Origin: Candidatus Omnitrophota bacterium | GTDB lineage: Bacteria > Omnitrophota > Gorgyraeia > Aquiviventales > Aquiviventaceae | DNA: 64,000 nucleotides | Assembly: GCA_016180575.1 (NCBI GenBank) | Contig: JACPAY010000003.1 | Coordinates: 42,154 to 106,153 of the forward strand | Direction: 5' to 3' | Shown: positions 53,279-63,985 of the stretch, one piece after another | How positions within the stretch are numbered: position 1 is the first letter of the stretch | Layout of the letters: each line of letters begins with the position of its first letter | Notes under the pieces: model-generated | What the model was told of the DNA's origin: nothing | Database searches by the model: none | Seen by the model: only the letters and a program-made list of their open reading frames with translations | Program-made: the position numbers and the translations under genes

Positions 53279-56200
53279 TCAGATAGCCGATGCAGCGTTC
53301 CGCTCGCCATGAACCGCCCTTTCCAGAAGCCGAGCACCTGGTTCGAAGCCCCTCTCCTGGCCGCCAACCGAAGTCCCGGAAGACAGTGCCCGCCTGGCCG
53401 CCCGCCGGAGCATTCGGCGGCGCGAGCGGAGCCTGGCGGACTTCGCCTGAGCCTTGAGCGCCCGCTGCACGCTGAATCGGTGGCGGCGGCCGTGAGCGCG
53501 TGTGCGGTCGCGCTCGCGCAGCTCACGTATGATCGGCTTGAGGAGCCGCTGAAGCCTCGGGGACCGCTCGATGGCTCCCTGCTTGCCGCGGAGGAAGCGA
53601 CCCGCACTCTCGCTATCGTCAAAATGGACGACTCCTGCCGGCGCTCCCTGGGTCTGCGCCCAGGCCGCGAAGAACTTGGTACCCCATGTGTACGGCGTCC
53701 GGGTGAATGCTTCCCAGGCGCGCTCGGCTACCGGCTCGCCCCAGCGCACCGCCAGCGCTACCAGCGCCTCAAGGAGGCGGACCTCTTGCGCCGAGCCTGG
53801 GATCTGCGGCCCGGAGGACAAGCGCTCGATCAGGCGGGCGGCCTGGCGCTCAGCCGCTTCCGGATCGGCAAGGCCCTCTGCCAGCGCCTGCTCCGCGAAG
53901 GGCTCCCGGAGCGCTTGGACCTCCCGGCGAGCTCGTAGAGGCTGCGGCGCGGTTTCGACCGCGTGCTCCGCGCGGATGCGCCGCGCAAACGCGCGCGCGG
54001 CCATGACGGCGTAGCCGGCGAGCGCGTGCAGCCTGGCCGTCAGGCGCGCGCGGCCCTCGCCAAAAGCCGCTCTGAGCCGCCGCGACAGCACGTGGAGAAA
54101 CGGCTCGAGCAATTGCGCCGGCGTTTTTCCCTGGCCCGGCGCCTGCGCCATCATCACCGTTCCGACCCCGAGTGCCATTCCCAGGATGGCGGCCACACCA
54201 AGCACAAGGACCCCGGCGCCCTTCAGGTACTCCACGGCGTTCCACAGCGCCCTGGCCTCTCGACGCAGCTGCGGCGGCTCGATCGATTCCCCGCGCAGGG
54301 TCCGCTCATGCAGCAGGCGCGCGACGTCCGCGCTCGTCCAGGCCGGCGGGAATCCGTTGGGCAGGTAATCGCGCAGCGCCGTTGGCGAGACCTCGATCAG
54401 CTGGGCGAGGTCTGCCGGGGAGGCGCCGGGATGAAAGCGCAGGTACGCATCGAGCCACCCCGCCTCCCGGCGGTAGCGCCGGAGCACCTGGTTGAGGTAG
54501 CCCTTGGAGATGGCCAGCTGCCGGGCGATCGCTCGCTTGGGCAGCGGGGACGAGGCGACGAGGCGGGCCACCTGTGCCGCGTTCAGCCTGGGCCGCCGTT
54601 TCCGGTCATGCGGGATGTCGCGGCGAGCGCGGAGGGAGCGGACATGGGAGGCAGAGATGCCCAGCCGCCGCCCGACCTCTTTGTCGCCGAAGCGGCGGTC
54701 TGCGGCCAATTGGCGCAGGGCGTCCACATCGACGCGCGAGCCGGCGCGCTTCCGCGGATAGGCGAGCCCCAATCGCGTGATGAGCCGGCGCACATGCGAC
54801 TCGGAGTACCCAAGAAGCGGGGCCAGCTTGGCCAGGGTGTGCGTCGGAGCCAGTTCCCCGAATCGGCGAACGAATTCCTGGTGGCGGCCGGCGACGGCGG
54901 CCAGCGCGAGGACGCTCGCGAGCCCGGCCAGCGCGAGGAGCCCGGCCGATGCGCCCGCCGCCGGCGACCAGGCGGAGAGGGCGACCGCCGCGATCAACAC
55001 GCTGCCCAGGTTGAAGGTGGTGGAATGGAGCGCCTGGGCGCCGCCCGCGTTCAGGCGCCGGCGATGGAGGGGGATGCGGTACGCCGCAACGGTCAGCGGC
55101 ACCGCCTCGATTTCCGAGCCGTCGGGCAGCGTGAACGGCGCGGTGTGAGTGAAGTCGATCTCGCGCGCATGAGCGGGCAGCGGCGCGCCGTTCACCATGA
55201 CGGCGCTGTCCCATGCCTGCCAGAGGCTGCGGTCGCGCATCGCGAGCACCTCGTGCTCGCCTTTGGTGATTTCACCGGCATGCACGGTGATGTCCTCGTC
55301 TTCGAGTTGGAACTGCGCTCCTGGCCAGCCTTCCTGGAGCAGCTCCTCGAGCGCCCGCGCTTCATACTCCCCCGTGCCGGGCTTGTTGGTCGAGATCAAG
55401 ACCTCGTCTGCGCCGTACCGCGCCGCCTCTTCCAGCGCAAGCAGGACCGCAGCTCGTCCGACCATGGTCTTCTGATTCCCTGTCAGATAGGGGAGCTGTT
55501 CCTGCGTCCTGTCCTGATAGAAGCCGTCATGGATCAGGGCGAGGACCAACCCGCCTCCTTGTTCGACTCGCGGGGCCAACCGCTCGAACACCACGTTGCG
55601 CTTATCGCCAGCGTGGGTGCCGAGATAGACCGTCTTGCTCACCGCCGATAACATGTCCCCCCCGAGCCGGCGGGTATCGCTGACCAAGCAGCCTGGCGCC
55701 AGGCAGAATCCGCCCGCGCTGGTGCCGATTGACAGCCAGTCCGGCAGCGAGCCTGTGGACCAGGCCCACATCTCGTAAGGCGCCAGCTTGACGCCCACAT
55801 CTTGCTGCCACGCGGTGAGGTAGCGCTCAGCGGCATCTCGGGTTATAGGGTTGGCGGCGAGCAGGCTCCTGATCGCCGCGAGTTGCCGCTGCGCCGGCTC
55901 GCTGCCGAACTTGTCCTCCCGCACATCCGCCCCGCGCTCCAGATGGGCGGCGACCACCGCCTGCAGGTCATGGATGGCTCGCTCAAGACCCTGCTTCGCT
56001 GTCGGATCGGCTTCCCGCTCGGCCGCCTTTCGCCAATCGCTGACCAGGGAGACGAACGGCCACAGGACGTCCTGGAGCCGCGCGAGCGTCTCGGCTTCAC
56101 CTTGGCGAATGCGCTCGTCAGCCGCTGAGGACAGCCGGCCGCCCAGCCAGAACCCGATTCGCGCGGTCAGCAGCTCGTAGGCACGGTCTGTCCACTGAGA

Positions 56201-59200
56201 CAGATTCCGGGCGTTGTGAATGGTCCGGGCGACCGGCGGCTCGATGAGCGGGTCATCGAGCAGCAGCGAGGCCAGATGGAACGCGCGGCTCAGGCGGTCC
56301 TGTTCCTTGCCGCTGGGCAGGGTGACGACGATCCACCACCGGTCAGGCCCAAGCGCCTGGTCCAGGGCGCGAATGATCTGCCAGGCGGCCTCGCGGCGCT
56401 GGGCGCCGCCGGATCCCGCCGTCCTGGCGACCAGATCCAGGCAGGTCTGCACGAGCTCTCGGGTCGCCTGCTTGTTCTTGGCAATGCGGGGGAGCGTCAG
56501 CCACCGCTGCAGGATCCGCTCGATGTCTTCCTGATCCTGAGCGAGAGTGAGGATTGGCAGCACGGCGGACAGCGGAACCCCGGCAGCCTCGAGCCGGTCA
56601 AACGCCGCCGGCCACCCGGGACGCGCGGGCAGCTGGGGGATGGCGTGGAACAGCGCCGAGCGGTTATCGATCGGCTCGGCGAAGAGCGCGTTGGCGCCCC
56701 GCACCAGCCGTTCAACGTCCGCCAGCGGCCAGGCCGCTGCGCGCTCGCCGCCGATCTTCTCCAGGGCTTGTCGATACCCGATCAAGGCGTTGGCGTCGGT
56801 TCGGCTCACCAAGGCCTCCAGCGCCCAAAGGCTGATGAACTCCGGATACAGCGCCACCAGGCTGAGCCACTCGCGCACCGCGCCGTCGAGGCCGTGCGTG
56901 TACTCGACCGCCATCTGGTGAAGCGCAGGATTCGCAAACGCCTCAGCCACGGCGCGCCCGTAGGGCGGACGCTCGTCAACAGGACGCCGGGCGCGCGCCA
57001 CCGCCAGGCGCGCCGCGAGCCGCCGCACCTCCAGAGGCCAGGACGGCTCCTGCAGGAAACGGGCAAACGCCTCGGCGTCCGGCTCGTCGTAGCCAAGCAG
57101 CCGCCGCGCGAACTGCGCCAGCGCCGCAACGGGGAGTTGCCCCGCGGCCGCCAACAGGATCGCGCTGGCGCGCTGCCCTTCTCCTGACGCCACGAGGAAG
57201 CGCCAATCGATGGCCGCCTCATCCTGCGCCAGCGCGGCCGCCGCCTGAGCCGCCTGCTCCGGCCCCCATCGGATATCCAGCACCAGGCGCTCTGCGAGCG
57301 ACCGCTGCGACAGGAACGCCTGACGCAAGAGCGCCGCACGGCGGCCGGGATCCTCGATGCGTCCGACCCACCGCAGGCCGTGGTCGAAGGTCATCCTCGA
57401 GGCGATGGTGTGCAGGTGGACGGGCGCCAGCCGGGCCGTTCCGTTGGCGAGGAGGGCTTCGTCAATCGCCTCATCGCCGGCGGCCAGGAGGGCGGTGATG
57501 GCTTTGGGCGTCAGGTCATGGCGCGAGGCTAGGGTGAGCTTGGCGGCGCCGCTGGCCTCTGGATGTGCGGCGAGCCGCACAGCCCATCGGCGCGGCAGCG
57601 CGGGGCTGAGCGCAAGCAGTTCTTCCGTGCTCTTCTTCTCGCGCGAGAGCGACTGCCCGCGGTCAAGCCAGGCGTAGAACTCCTGCGCCGCCCGGCCGTA
57701 GAGGAGCAGCCGCGGCTGCCGCAGCTCCCGGCTGAACCACTCGAACAGCCGTCCGCGGCGGCCGAAGAGCGGATCGGCGGAGAAGGCCGGCTCGCGATCC
57801 GGTCCCAGCGCCGCGAACACCACAGGCGCGCGCGGCGCCACGCGCGCCCTCAGCCATCGCGTCGCCCGTTGGAGTTGATCCGGTTTGACCAGCACCATGA
57901 TGGGCGCCTCGCTGGTCTCCAGGAGCTCGCGGAGCGCCGTCCGATGGAGCCGGGTGCTGGCCCCGAGCAGGCCAGGCTCATGCGCCCATCCCACCACCGC
58001 TATCGTGGTCGTTCCCGCTCGCGTGCGGGTGGCGGCGAGTCCCTGCCTGAGCTGGTCGAGCGCCTGGGCATCAAAGTCGTCTCCCGCCGCCGGGTCAAGC
58101 CGCTCCAAGGACAGGCTCAGCCACAGCCATCGAGGCGCCAGGAGGTTGTGCAGGCCGTGGCCGAGCGCGGCGAGCAGATACCCGAAGACCAGGGGATGGA
58201 GCGCAGGCAGGAGCGGGAGCTCGGTGAATTGAAGCGCCAGCCACACCAGCGGCCCACCGCCCACCGCGAGGAGGTTGATGGCAGTCGCCCAGAGGACGCG
58301 CCAGAGGAAGGCCAGCAGGTGCGCGCGGAGCGGCTGGGTGGGCGCGCGGATGAGATGCAGCGCCGCCATGAGCAGGCCGCCGAGAAGGCTCGCCGAGAGC
58401 GGATCGAACCCGCGCAGCAGCAGCCCGACGGCGACCCCCGGGAGCAGCAGCAGCTCCAGAATCGGGACGAGGAGGCTGGCGACCGCCCGGCGATCGAAGA
58501 ACCGGCGGGCCGACGCCTCGGCCTGCGCCCACGCCACCGGCATCCCGCGCAGCCGACGCCACAGCCAGACGGCGGCACCGCCCACAACGTCCCACAGCGG
58601 GAGGACCAGTTTGTTGCCACCAGGCGGTGCGGCGCGACGCGCAGATTCCCTGTGCCGCCTGATCCGCTCAAGGATTGGGTGCAACGCATCTTCCCATGGG
58701 TGCTGCCGATGGGTCTCCGCAGCGAGGGGCATATCGCTGAACCCGAAGCGGTATTCCAGTACCCGGTGGGGGAATAGGATGCGTGCGCCCAGCGCGACCC
58801 GGAGCTGCTGCACCACCTCCTGCACGGCAGAATCGTCCAATGCAAGGATGAGGAACCGCTGATGCAGCCTCACCGCAGGCCGCAGGACCCGCCTGGGGCG
58901 CTCCGCATCCAGTCGCCGCGCCAGCTCCTCGAGCGTGCGCCGATCGCCAAGTTCTTCGCCGGTCCGGATAGGCCGGTGATAGAGCCACTCGAGCATCATG
59001 CGCTTGAGCGCGCGCTCCGCCGGCGTGACCGTGAGGCGCCGCTCCACACGCCGAACGACGGCCCTCAGCTCTTCCCGCGGTAGCGCGCGGAGGGCGGCTT
59101 CGCTGCGCTGCATCATCTGCTGCATCTTGAGCCATTGCTGGACGGGCGGCCGCCGCGTGCTGGGTGCCGGTGCCCCGGGGCGCGCCTTCAAAATCTCGCG

Positions 59201-62200
59201 GCCCAGCATGCGCCAATACCGCTCCCCCAAGGGACGCGCCAGGAACCCGGCAAACGCCTTCGCCAACTGCGGCCCCCTGAGAGCCCGCTGGAGCACGGCC
59301 GGATCTGCCGAACGCAGCAAGGTCTTCAGGTGGTTGAACAGCGCCCGTTCGATGACGGCTCGGGAGTGACCCTGCGCCTTCCGATGGTTCATCTCCGTCA
59401 GGAAGCGTCTCAACAGCTTCATGATCTCAGGCCAGCCCGCCGGGGTCGCGACCAATGCCGCGAAGGAAACCTCGGCACCACCCGGACCCAGAAAGGCCAG
59501 CCCCAGCGCCAGCAGGAGCGCGGCCGCCACGGGCCAGATGGGGACGCCTTCCTTCCATCTCGGGAAGACCCCGGTGAGCCGATAGACCGGGCGGCCGGCG
59601 AGGTCGGTTTCGGACCCTTCGGCCTGCGCCTGGAACAGCCCGCTCTCGAGCCATCCTCTCATCACGGGAATCGGCGCCAGCTCATGGCTCTCGATCCGCC
59701 ACCCCGCGAAGTGCTGCAAGCGGGGCTCGGTGCCCATCACGCGATACAGCAGGGGCAGGAGCTTCTTGCCCCTCCATTCCTCTTTCACCCAGGCGTGGCG
59801 GAGCTTCAGCTTCGGCGGCTCTGACTTCGTTCTTTGTTCAATGTGGAGCGAGAGGCGGGCGATCAGGCGATCGTGGTGCATGAGCGCGACCACCAGCCTG
59901 ACGTGAGCCGCTTGCCGGGACTTGACGTGGTCATACGCATATTTAACCGTGATCCCGCGCCTCGCCAGCGCAACCGTGGCGACCCGGTGGATGGTGTCCC
60001 GCATCACGGGTTTGGTGACCGGCGCCTGCAGGACGCGATCAAGCTCGTGCAGCCCCTCCGCGATCGGCTCGGCATCCTCACTCGCCAGCTGGCCGATCAG
60101 CCGCGTCTCGTCCGCGCGACTCAGCGCGCGGCGCCGGCGCGCTCCCGCCATGCCGGCCATCCAGCCCTGCCGGCGGCCGGTCCGCTGCCACCACAGGTGG
60201 ATCAGCGACTCCGCGATGAACGGCACGACCCATTGCCAGCCGGCGCCGCTCCCCGCCGCCACCAAGAAGGATGCGGGCACGGCGTACGCCAAACGCCACA
60301 GCAGGCTCATGTCGATCAGTTGCAGGAGTACGTCCGGGAGTTCGGCGATTGGGACGCGCTCCAGCGTCCCCTGGGCGTTCCAGCGACGGACGCCGAGCAG
60401 CGCGTGGATGAGCGGAATGGCGACGAAGCTCCCCAGTGACGCGAGCAAGAGGCTGACCAGCGGATCCAACCCTTGGGCGTTGAGCCACGCCGACCCGCCG
60501 CCGGTCAGGAGCGTCCCGAAGACCAGCGTCTCGAGCCACCAGGCGATCCGCAGCGCGGTCGTTTCCGGCCGGATCCCCAGCGCCCATTCCAGCAGATCCG
60601 CAAGCAGCCCCACCATCCCGGCCGGCGCGGCGGGCCGCAGCAGGAGGGTGTCCGCCGTCCGGATCGGCTCGCGCGACTGCGAGTGCCTGAAGAAGACCGC
60701 CTGACGCTGGCTTCCGGCCTCATGTTCCATGCCATCGAAGAGCGGGTCCAGCGGCCTGGACCACGCGGCCCACCACGGATCCGGCCTGCTCGCCGCCACA
60801 GGGATCGAGCGGGAAAAATACACCACCGTATCGTCAGCAAACGCCAGCCCCTTCAGAAACGCGGCATGCTGCCCGTAGACCTGCTCCATGACGGGGCGCA
60901 GCGTCCGCAGATACGCCATCGGCTCTCCGCGCGGGGACACGGCCGCCAGCAGCCGCCCGCGCTCCGCCGCAGGCATCTGGCCCTGCCGCCCCAACCGGCT
61001 CGCGAGCTGCCATTCGAGGGCCAGGTGGTTGAAGACCATCAGCGGGATGGCGGCGTCAGCCGACACGATGAGCAAGGGTGGCGTCTCTTGGACGGCATCG
61101 AACAGGGCATCCGGCAGGGCGATGTGCGAGGCCCGCCACGGCTGGCCTTTGATCCGCCGGTACCGCTGGAGGAGGCTGGTGAGGAGCCTCCGGGCATGCT
61201 CGAGGCTGTCCGCGTTGCTGACGAGCCGCTGGAGGTCCCGCTTCAACTCGTCGCTGAGGAAGGAGAGGTCCATCTCGAGCACCTGGATGCGGCCGGCGGC
61301 AAGCTGCGGCCCAAATCCCACGGCGCGCAGCTGCCCCTCGACGCTGACGCGGTCCAGCGCGAGGATGATGGTGGCCGCGAACAGCTCATCCGTGAGCAGC
61401 TGGTCCATCGCCGCCAGCCGGATCGGGTCGCCCAGCACGATGATCGCGGAGCGCTTCTGGCCGTCGGGACGAGCGGCCCTGAGCGGCTGAAGCGCCCGCG
61501 CGTCAATGTCTCGGCGCAGGGCGCGCAGGGCGTGGACCGACGCCTCGTGCTCGGTCTGGGTTCGGGGAGCGGAGAGGGCGTCGCGGAACACGGCGCGCAG
61601 CGTCTCAGACCACTCGGCCAGGGGATCCTCAACGGCCGGCGCCGGCGCGGGCGGCTCGACACGCGGCTGAATGGCGTGGGTGAGCCTCTTGAGCAGGCGG
61701 TTGAGCTGCGGCTGGCCGGTCTGCCGCAGCCGCAATGCCTCAACGAGCCCTGCCCGCTTGGCGTTGTTGGACTGCCTCGGATCAGCCACGAGGCGATGGA
61801 TCGCCTCCGCCAGACCCGCCCCTTCCGCAAGGAGCGCGCCGTGGCCCCCCTCGCGAAGCGCCGCCTCGAGCGCCTCAAGCTGCCAGGGCTCAGGCGCGGG
61901 CACGGGCTCGCGCTGTTGCCTGCTTGCCGTCAACGTCTCTCGCAGGGCTGCGCGCGCCTCTGAGGCTGCAGGGTCGTCCCGGGAGGGGACCGCGGGCCTG
62001 GCGGCCGCTGCTGTCAGGAGGCGCTTAGGCGCAGCAAGCCGCAGCTCAGCTCGCCGCAGCCTCCGAGGCTGGGGCGGGGCCGCTGGCCGGCTGGCGAGCT
62101 CCGCCAACCTGCGCTGCCGCTCTTGAATCGCTGCGCCAATGGCGTGGCTTGCGAATGGTCGCTCGCCGTTGGTGACCCGCGGCTTGCCGAGCTGCGCGTA

Positions 62201-63985
62201 GGCATGCCGGATGCGCTGGAGTGCCCGTCCCGTCTGTGGCTGGCGCGCCACCCAGGCCTCGATGAGCCCGCGGATCTCGTCTCTCATGGTGTCATCCGCG
62301 ATGCCGTAGTACACCAGGCCGATGTCGATGAAACGTGGCCGTGACACCGCCAGCTCGTGCTCGACGAGGGCCAGGATCTTGGCCTTTGCGCCACCCCACT
62401 GGGCCAGCAGCGCCCGCGCCTGCTCGATCAGCGCTGGACTCACCGGTTGGCGGTGCCCCAGCCAGAGCCAGACCGCCTGCTCCCGATGCCCATTGGCCTG
62501 CGCGAGGACCTGCTGCATGTCCCGGAGCAGCCGGCCGACGGATCCGTTCTCGCCGAACCGGGCGCGCAGGTTGCGGTCGATGATCGTCCGGCGGTCGGCG
62601 CCTCGCGCGATGAGCTCAGCCAATGTGCCCGCCCGCTGGACCGGCTCGACGAAGGCGCTCCTGAGGAGAGCCTGCGCGTGGCGCTCGAACGCCTCAACGT
62701 CAAGGGGGTCGAGGAGGCCGCGCTCCGGCTCCTCATAGAGCCAGGCCTCCAGGGCCCGGAGGCGCTGCGCCCCCTTCTCGGTCGCCGGCGACAGGAGGGT
62801 CGTCGCCGCCCTCAGCGCCTCGGCGTCGAACCGGATCTGGTCGTGCGAGCCCAGCCGCTTCGGCAACAGCGCCACCAGCTTCAGCTCATCCGGCTGCGAT
62901 CCGGAACTGCGGGTGTACTGGAAGATCACCCGGAAATCAGCCGCCCACACGATCTCGCTGTAGCCCGCCAGCGGGCCGGTCAGCGCCTTCCCTCCCTTCC
63001 ACGCCTCCTCCGAAGAGCGATGCCATTCCTGAAGCCATGTATAGAGCTTTCGCGAGAGCTTGCGGGCGCGCGCCTGCTCGAGCTGCTGCACCGCCTCGCC
63101 GAACGCCTGGCTGAACCGAATCGTCATCGCGAGGCGCGGCCGCGGGCCGTTGGGATGGCCAGCGATGCGCGCAAGGATGGCGGCGACCGGCACCGCCACC
63201 AGCGCGCCCAGCCGCCACAGCAGGCCGTACCACGCCAGCAGCCCGCCAGCCGCCAGCGCCGCCCCGATGGCCATCATTTTCAGCGCGACGCGCGCCTGGG
63301 CTTGCGCCGCCGGCTCGGCGCGCCTCCAGGGGCGCGTGGACCAGCGCCACAGGAACCAGCTGACCAGCAGCATGCTCGCGCCCGGCCCGACGAGGAAGAC
63401 CCCCAGCAAGAAGCGGGGGTCGGCGAGCGGGTCCTGCGGCGCCACCCCGATGAATCCGTACGAGAGCAGGAGGGCGGGAATGAGGAGCAGGCCCAGCAGC
63501 CTGCGGTGCGCACCGGTGGGTGCGCGGTGGAGGGCCCAGCGCAGGTGCGCAATGCCCGAGCCGATCGCCTTGCCGAGCCCGCGGAGCCGCGGGCCAAGCC
63601 GCGTCGTGAGCGCGGAGGGCGTGCGCAGCCAATAGATGGAGCCGGTGCGTTGGCCGCCGGAGCGGGGCGCGATGACGCGCACGTGCTTGGCGATGCGCAA
63701 GGCGGGGCCCGGCTGCCACCCCTCGATGTCCGCCGCGCCTCCCAGATACACGGAGCCCGGCACAGCGCCTTTGAGCGCAGCCACGGTGTCGGGCGCAGCC
63801 GGGGCATCGGGCGCGACCGCCACGACGTGCTCAATCGGACCGGAGGCTCTCAGGAAGGCCTGAACCGCTGGATCCTCCGGATGGCCGTGGACAATCGTGA
63901 CCGAGCCGCCGGCCGGCAGGATGAGGGGCGCGAGCGACGCGACGTTCTGCGCGCTCCGCTCAAAGACGTCCTTCCGCGGCTCCAC
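53279..63985 (-). CDS. Giant >=3568-aa polytopic membrane protein with mosaic domains (5' end probably outside the window)
   Basis: High GC3 and a diverse composition. The first in-window start is GTG 63985, and the frame stays open to position 64000. It has several clusters of hydrophobic helices, a RelE/ParE-like segment, a GNAT-like segment and four tandem HTH-like motifs near the C-terminus. Confidence 0.85.
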   Translation of the reverse strand: MEPRKDVFERSAQNVASLAPLILPAGGSVTIVHGHPEDPAVQAFLRASGPIEHVVAVAPDAPAAPDTVAALKGAVPGSVYLGGAADIEGWQPGPALRIAKHVRVIAPRSGGQRTGSIYWLRTPSALTTRLGPRLRGLGKAIGSGIAHLRWALHRAPTGAHRRLLGLLLIPALLLSYGFIGVAPQDPLADPRFLLGVFLVGPGASMLLVSWFLWRWSTRPWRRAEPAAQAQARVALKMMAIGAALAAGGLLAWYGLLWRLGALVAVPVAAILARIAGHPNGPRPRLAMTIRFSQAFGEAVQQLEQARARKLSRKLYTWLQEWHRSSEEAWKGGKALTGPLAGYSEIVWAADFRVIFQYTRSSGSQPDELKLVALLPKRLGSHDQIRFDAEALRAATTLLSPATEKGAQRLRALEAWLYEEPERGLLDPLDVEAFERHAQALLRSAFVEPVQRAGTLAELIARGADRRTIIDRNLRARFGENGSVGRLLRDMQQVLAQANGHREQAVWLWLGHRQPVSPALIEQARALLAQWGGAKAKILALVEHELAVSRPRFIDIGLVYYGIADDTMRDEIRGLIEAWVARQPQTGRALQRIRHAYAQLGKPRVTNGERPFASHAIGAAIQERQRRLAELASRPAAPPQPRRLRRAELRLAAPKRLLTAAAARPAVPSRDDPAASEARAALRETLTASRQQREPVPAPEPWQLEALEAALREGGHGALLAEGAGLAEAIHRLVADPRQSNNAKRAGLVEALRLRQTGQPQLNRLLKRLTHAIQPRVEPPAPAPAVEDPLAEWSETLRAVFRDALSAPRTQTEHEASVHALRALRRDIDARALQPLRAARPDGQKRSAIIVLGDPIRLAAMDQLLTDELFAATIILALDRVSVEGQLRAVGFGPQLAAGRIQVLEMDLSFLSDELKRDLQRLVSNADSLEHARRLLTSLLQRYRRIKGQPWRASHIALPDALFDAVQETPPLLIVSADAAIPLMVFNHLALEWQLASRLGRQGQMPAAERGRLLAAVSPRGEPMAYLRTLRPVMEQVYGQHAAFLKGLAFADDTVVYFSRSIPVAASRPDPWWAAWSRPLDPLFDGMEHEAGSQRQAVFFRHSQSREPIRTADTLLLRPAAPAGMVGLLADLLEWALGIRPETTALRIAWWLETLVFGTLLTGGGSAWLNAQGLDPLVSLLLASLGSFVAIPLIHALLGVRRWNAQGTLERVPIAELPDVLLQLIDMSLLWRLAYAVPASFLVAAGSGAGWQWVVPFIAESLIHLWWQRTGRRQGWMAGMAGARRRRALSRADETRLIGQLASEDAEPIAEGLHELDRVLQAPVTKPVMRDTIHRVATVALARRGITVKYAYDHVKSRQAAHVRLVVALMHHDRLIARLSLHIEQRTKSEPPKLKLRHAWVKEEWRGKKLLPLLYRVMGTEPRLQHFAGWRIESHELAPIPVMRGWLESGLFQAQAEGSETDLAGRPVYRLTGVFPRWKEGVPIWPVAAALLLALGLAFLGPGGAEVSFAALVATPAGWPEIMKLLRRFLTEMNHRKAQGHSRAVIERALFNHLKTLLRSADPAVLQRALRGPQLAKAFAGFLARPLGERYWRMLGREILKARPGAPAPSTRRPPVQQWLKMQQMMQRSEAALRALPREELRAVVRRVERRLTVTPAERALKRMMLEWLYHRPIRTGEELGDRRTLEELARRLDAERPRRVLRPAVRLHQRFLILALDDSAVQEVVQQLRVALGARILFPHRVLEYRFGFSDMPLAAETHRQHPWEDALHPILERIRRHRESARRAAPPGGNKLVLPLWDVVGGAAVWLWRRLRGMPVAWAQAEASARRFFDRRAVASLLVPILELLLLPGVAVGLLLRGFDPLSASLLGGLLMAALHLIRAPTQPLRAHLLAFLWRVLWATAINLLAVGGGPLVWLALQFTELPLLPALHPLVFGYLLAALGHGLHNLLAPRWLWLSLSLERLDPAAGDDFDAQALDQLRQGLAATRTRAGTTTIAVVGWAHEPGLLGASTRLHRTALRELLETSEAPIMVLVKPDQLQRATRWLRARVAPRAPVVFAALGPDREPAFSADPLFGRRGRLFEWFSRELRQPRLLLYGRAAQEFYAWLDRGQSLSREKKSTEELLALSPALPRRWAVRLAAHPEASGAAKLTLASRHDLTPKAITALLAAGDEAIDEALLANGTARLAPVHLHTIASRMTFDHGLRWVGRIEDPGRRAALLRQAFLSQRSLAERLVLDIRWGPEQAAQAAAALAQDEAAIDWRFLVASGEGQRASAILLAAAGQLPVAALAQFARRLLGYDEPDAEAFARFLQEPSWPLEVRRLAARLAVARARRPVDERPPYGRAVAEAFANPALHQMAVEYTHGLDGAVREWLSLVALYPEFISLWALEALVSRTDANALIGYRQALEKIGGERAAAWPLADVERLVRGANALFAEPIDNRSALFHAIPQLPARPGWPAAFDRLEAAGVPLSAVLPILTLAQDQEDIERILQRWLTLPRIAKNKQATRELVQTCLDLVARTAGSGGAQRREAAWQIIRALDQALGPDRWWIVVTLPSGKEQDRLSRAFHLASLLLDDPLIEPPVARTIHNARNLSQWTDRAYELLTARIGFWLGGRLSSAADERIRQGEAETLARLQDVLWPFVSLVSDWRKAAEREADPTAKQGLERAIHDLQAVVAAHLERGADVREDKFGSEPAQRQLAAIRSLLAANPITRDAAERYLTAWQQDVGVKLAPYEMWAWSTGSLPDWLSIGTSAGGFCLAPGCLVSDTRRLGGDMLSAVSKTVYLGTHAGDKRNVVFERLAPRVEQGGGLVLALIHDGFYQDRTQEQLPYLTGNQKTMVGRAAVLLALEEAARYGADEVLISTNKPGTGEYEARALEELLQEGWPGAQFQLEDEDITVHAGEITKGEHEVLAMRDRSLWQAWDSAVMVNGAPLPAHAREIDFTHTAPFTLPDGSEIEAVPLTVAAYRIPLHRRRLNAGGAQALHSTTFNLGSVLIAAVALSAWSPAAGASAGLLALAGLASVLALAAVAGRHQEFVRRFGELAPTHTLAKLAPLLGYSESHVRRLITRLGLAYPRKRAGSRVDVDALRQLAADRRFGDKEVGRRLGISASHVRSLRARRDIPHDRKRRPRLNAAQVARLVASSPLPKRAIARQLAISKGYLNQVLRRYRREAGWLDAYLRFHPGASPADLAQLIEVSPTALRDYLPNGFPPAWTSADVARLLHERTLRGESIEPPQLRREARALWNAVEYLKGAGVLVLGVAAILGMALGVGTVMMAQAPGQGKTPAQLLEPFLHVLSRRLRAAFGEGRARLTARLHALAGYAVMAARAFARRIRAEHAVETAPQPLRARREVQALREPFAEQALAEGLADPEAAERQAARLIERLSSGPQIPGSAQEVRLLEALVALAVRWGEPVAERAWEAFTRTPYTWGTKFFAAWAQTQGAPAGVVHFDDSESAGRFLRGKQGAIERSPRLQRLLKPIIRELRERDRTRAHGRRHRFSVQRALKAQAKSARLRSRRRMLRRAARRALSSGTSVGGQERGFEPGARLLERAVHGERNAASAI

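Noticed and set aside
53260-53300. Intrinsic terminator immediately after giant ORF 2
   Set aside because: Only 4-bp stems (AUCU/AGAU; GCUG/CGGC) precede the U-rich tract. That tract is better explained as the A/T-rich upstream part of the consensus promoter.
43404-63985. Possibility that the two giant ORFs are artefacts of stop-codon scarcity in GC-rich DNA
   Set aside because: Codon third positions are overwhelmingly G/C in these frames, as in the housekeeping genes. Amino-acid composition is diverse (K, D, E, I, Y, F, W, N present throughout). One of them contains a complete phosphohexomutase domain in frame. Local frameshifts cannot be excluded (see the 3'-end finding).
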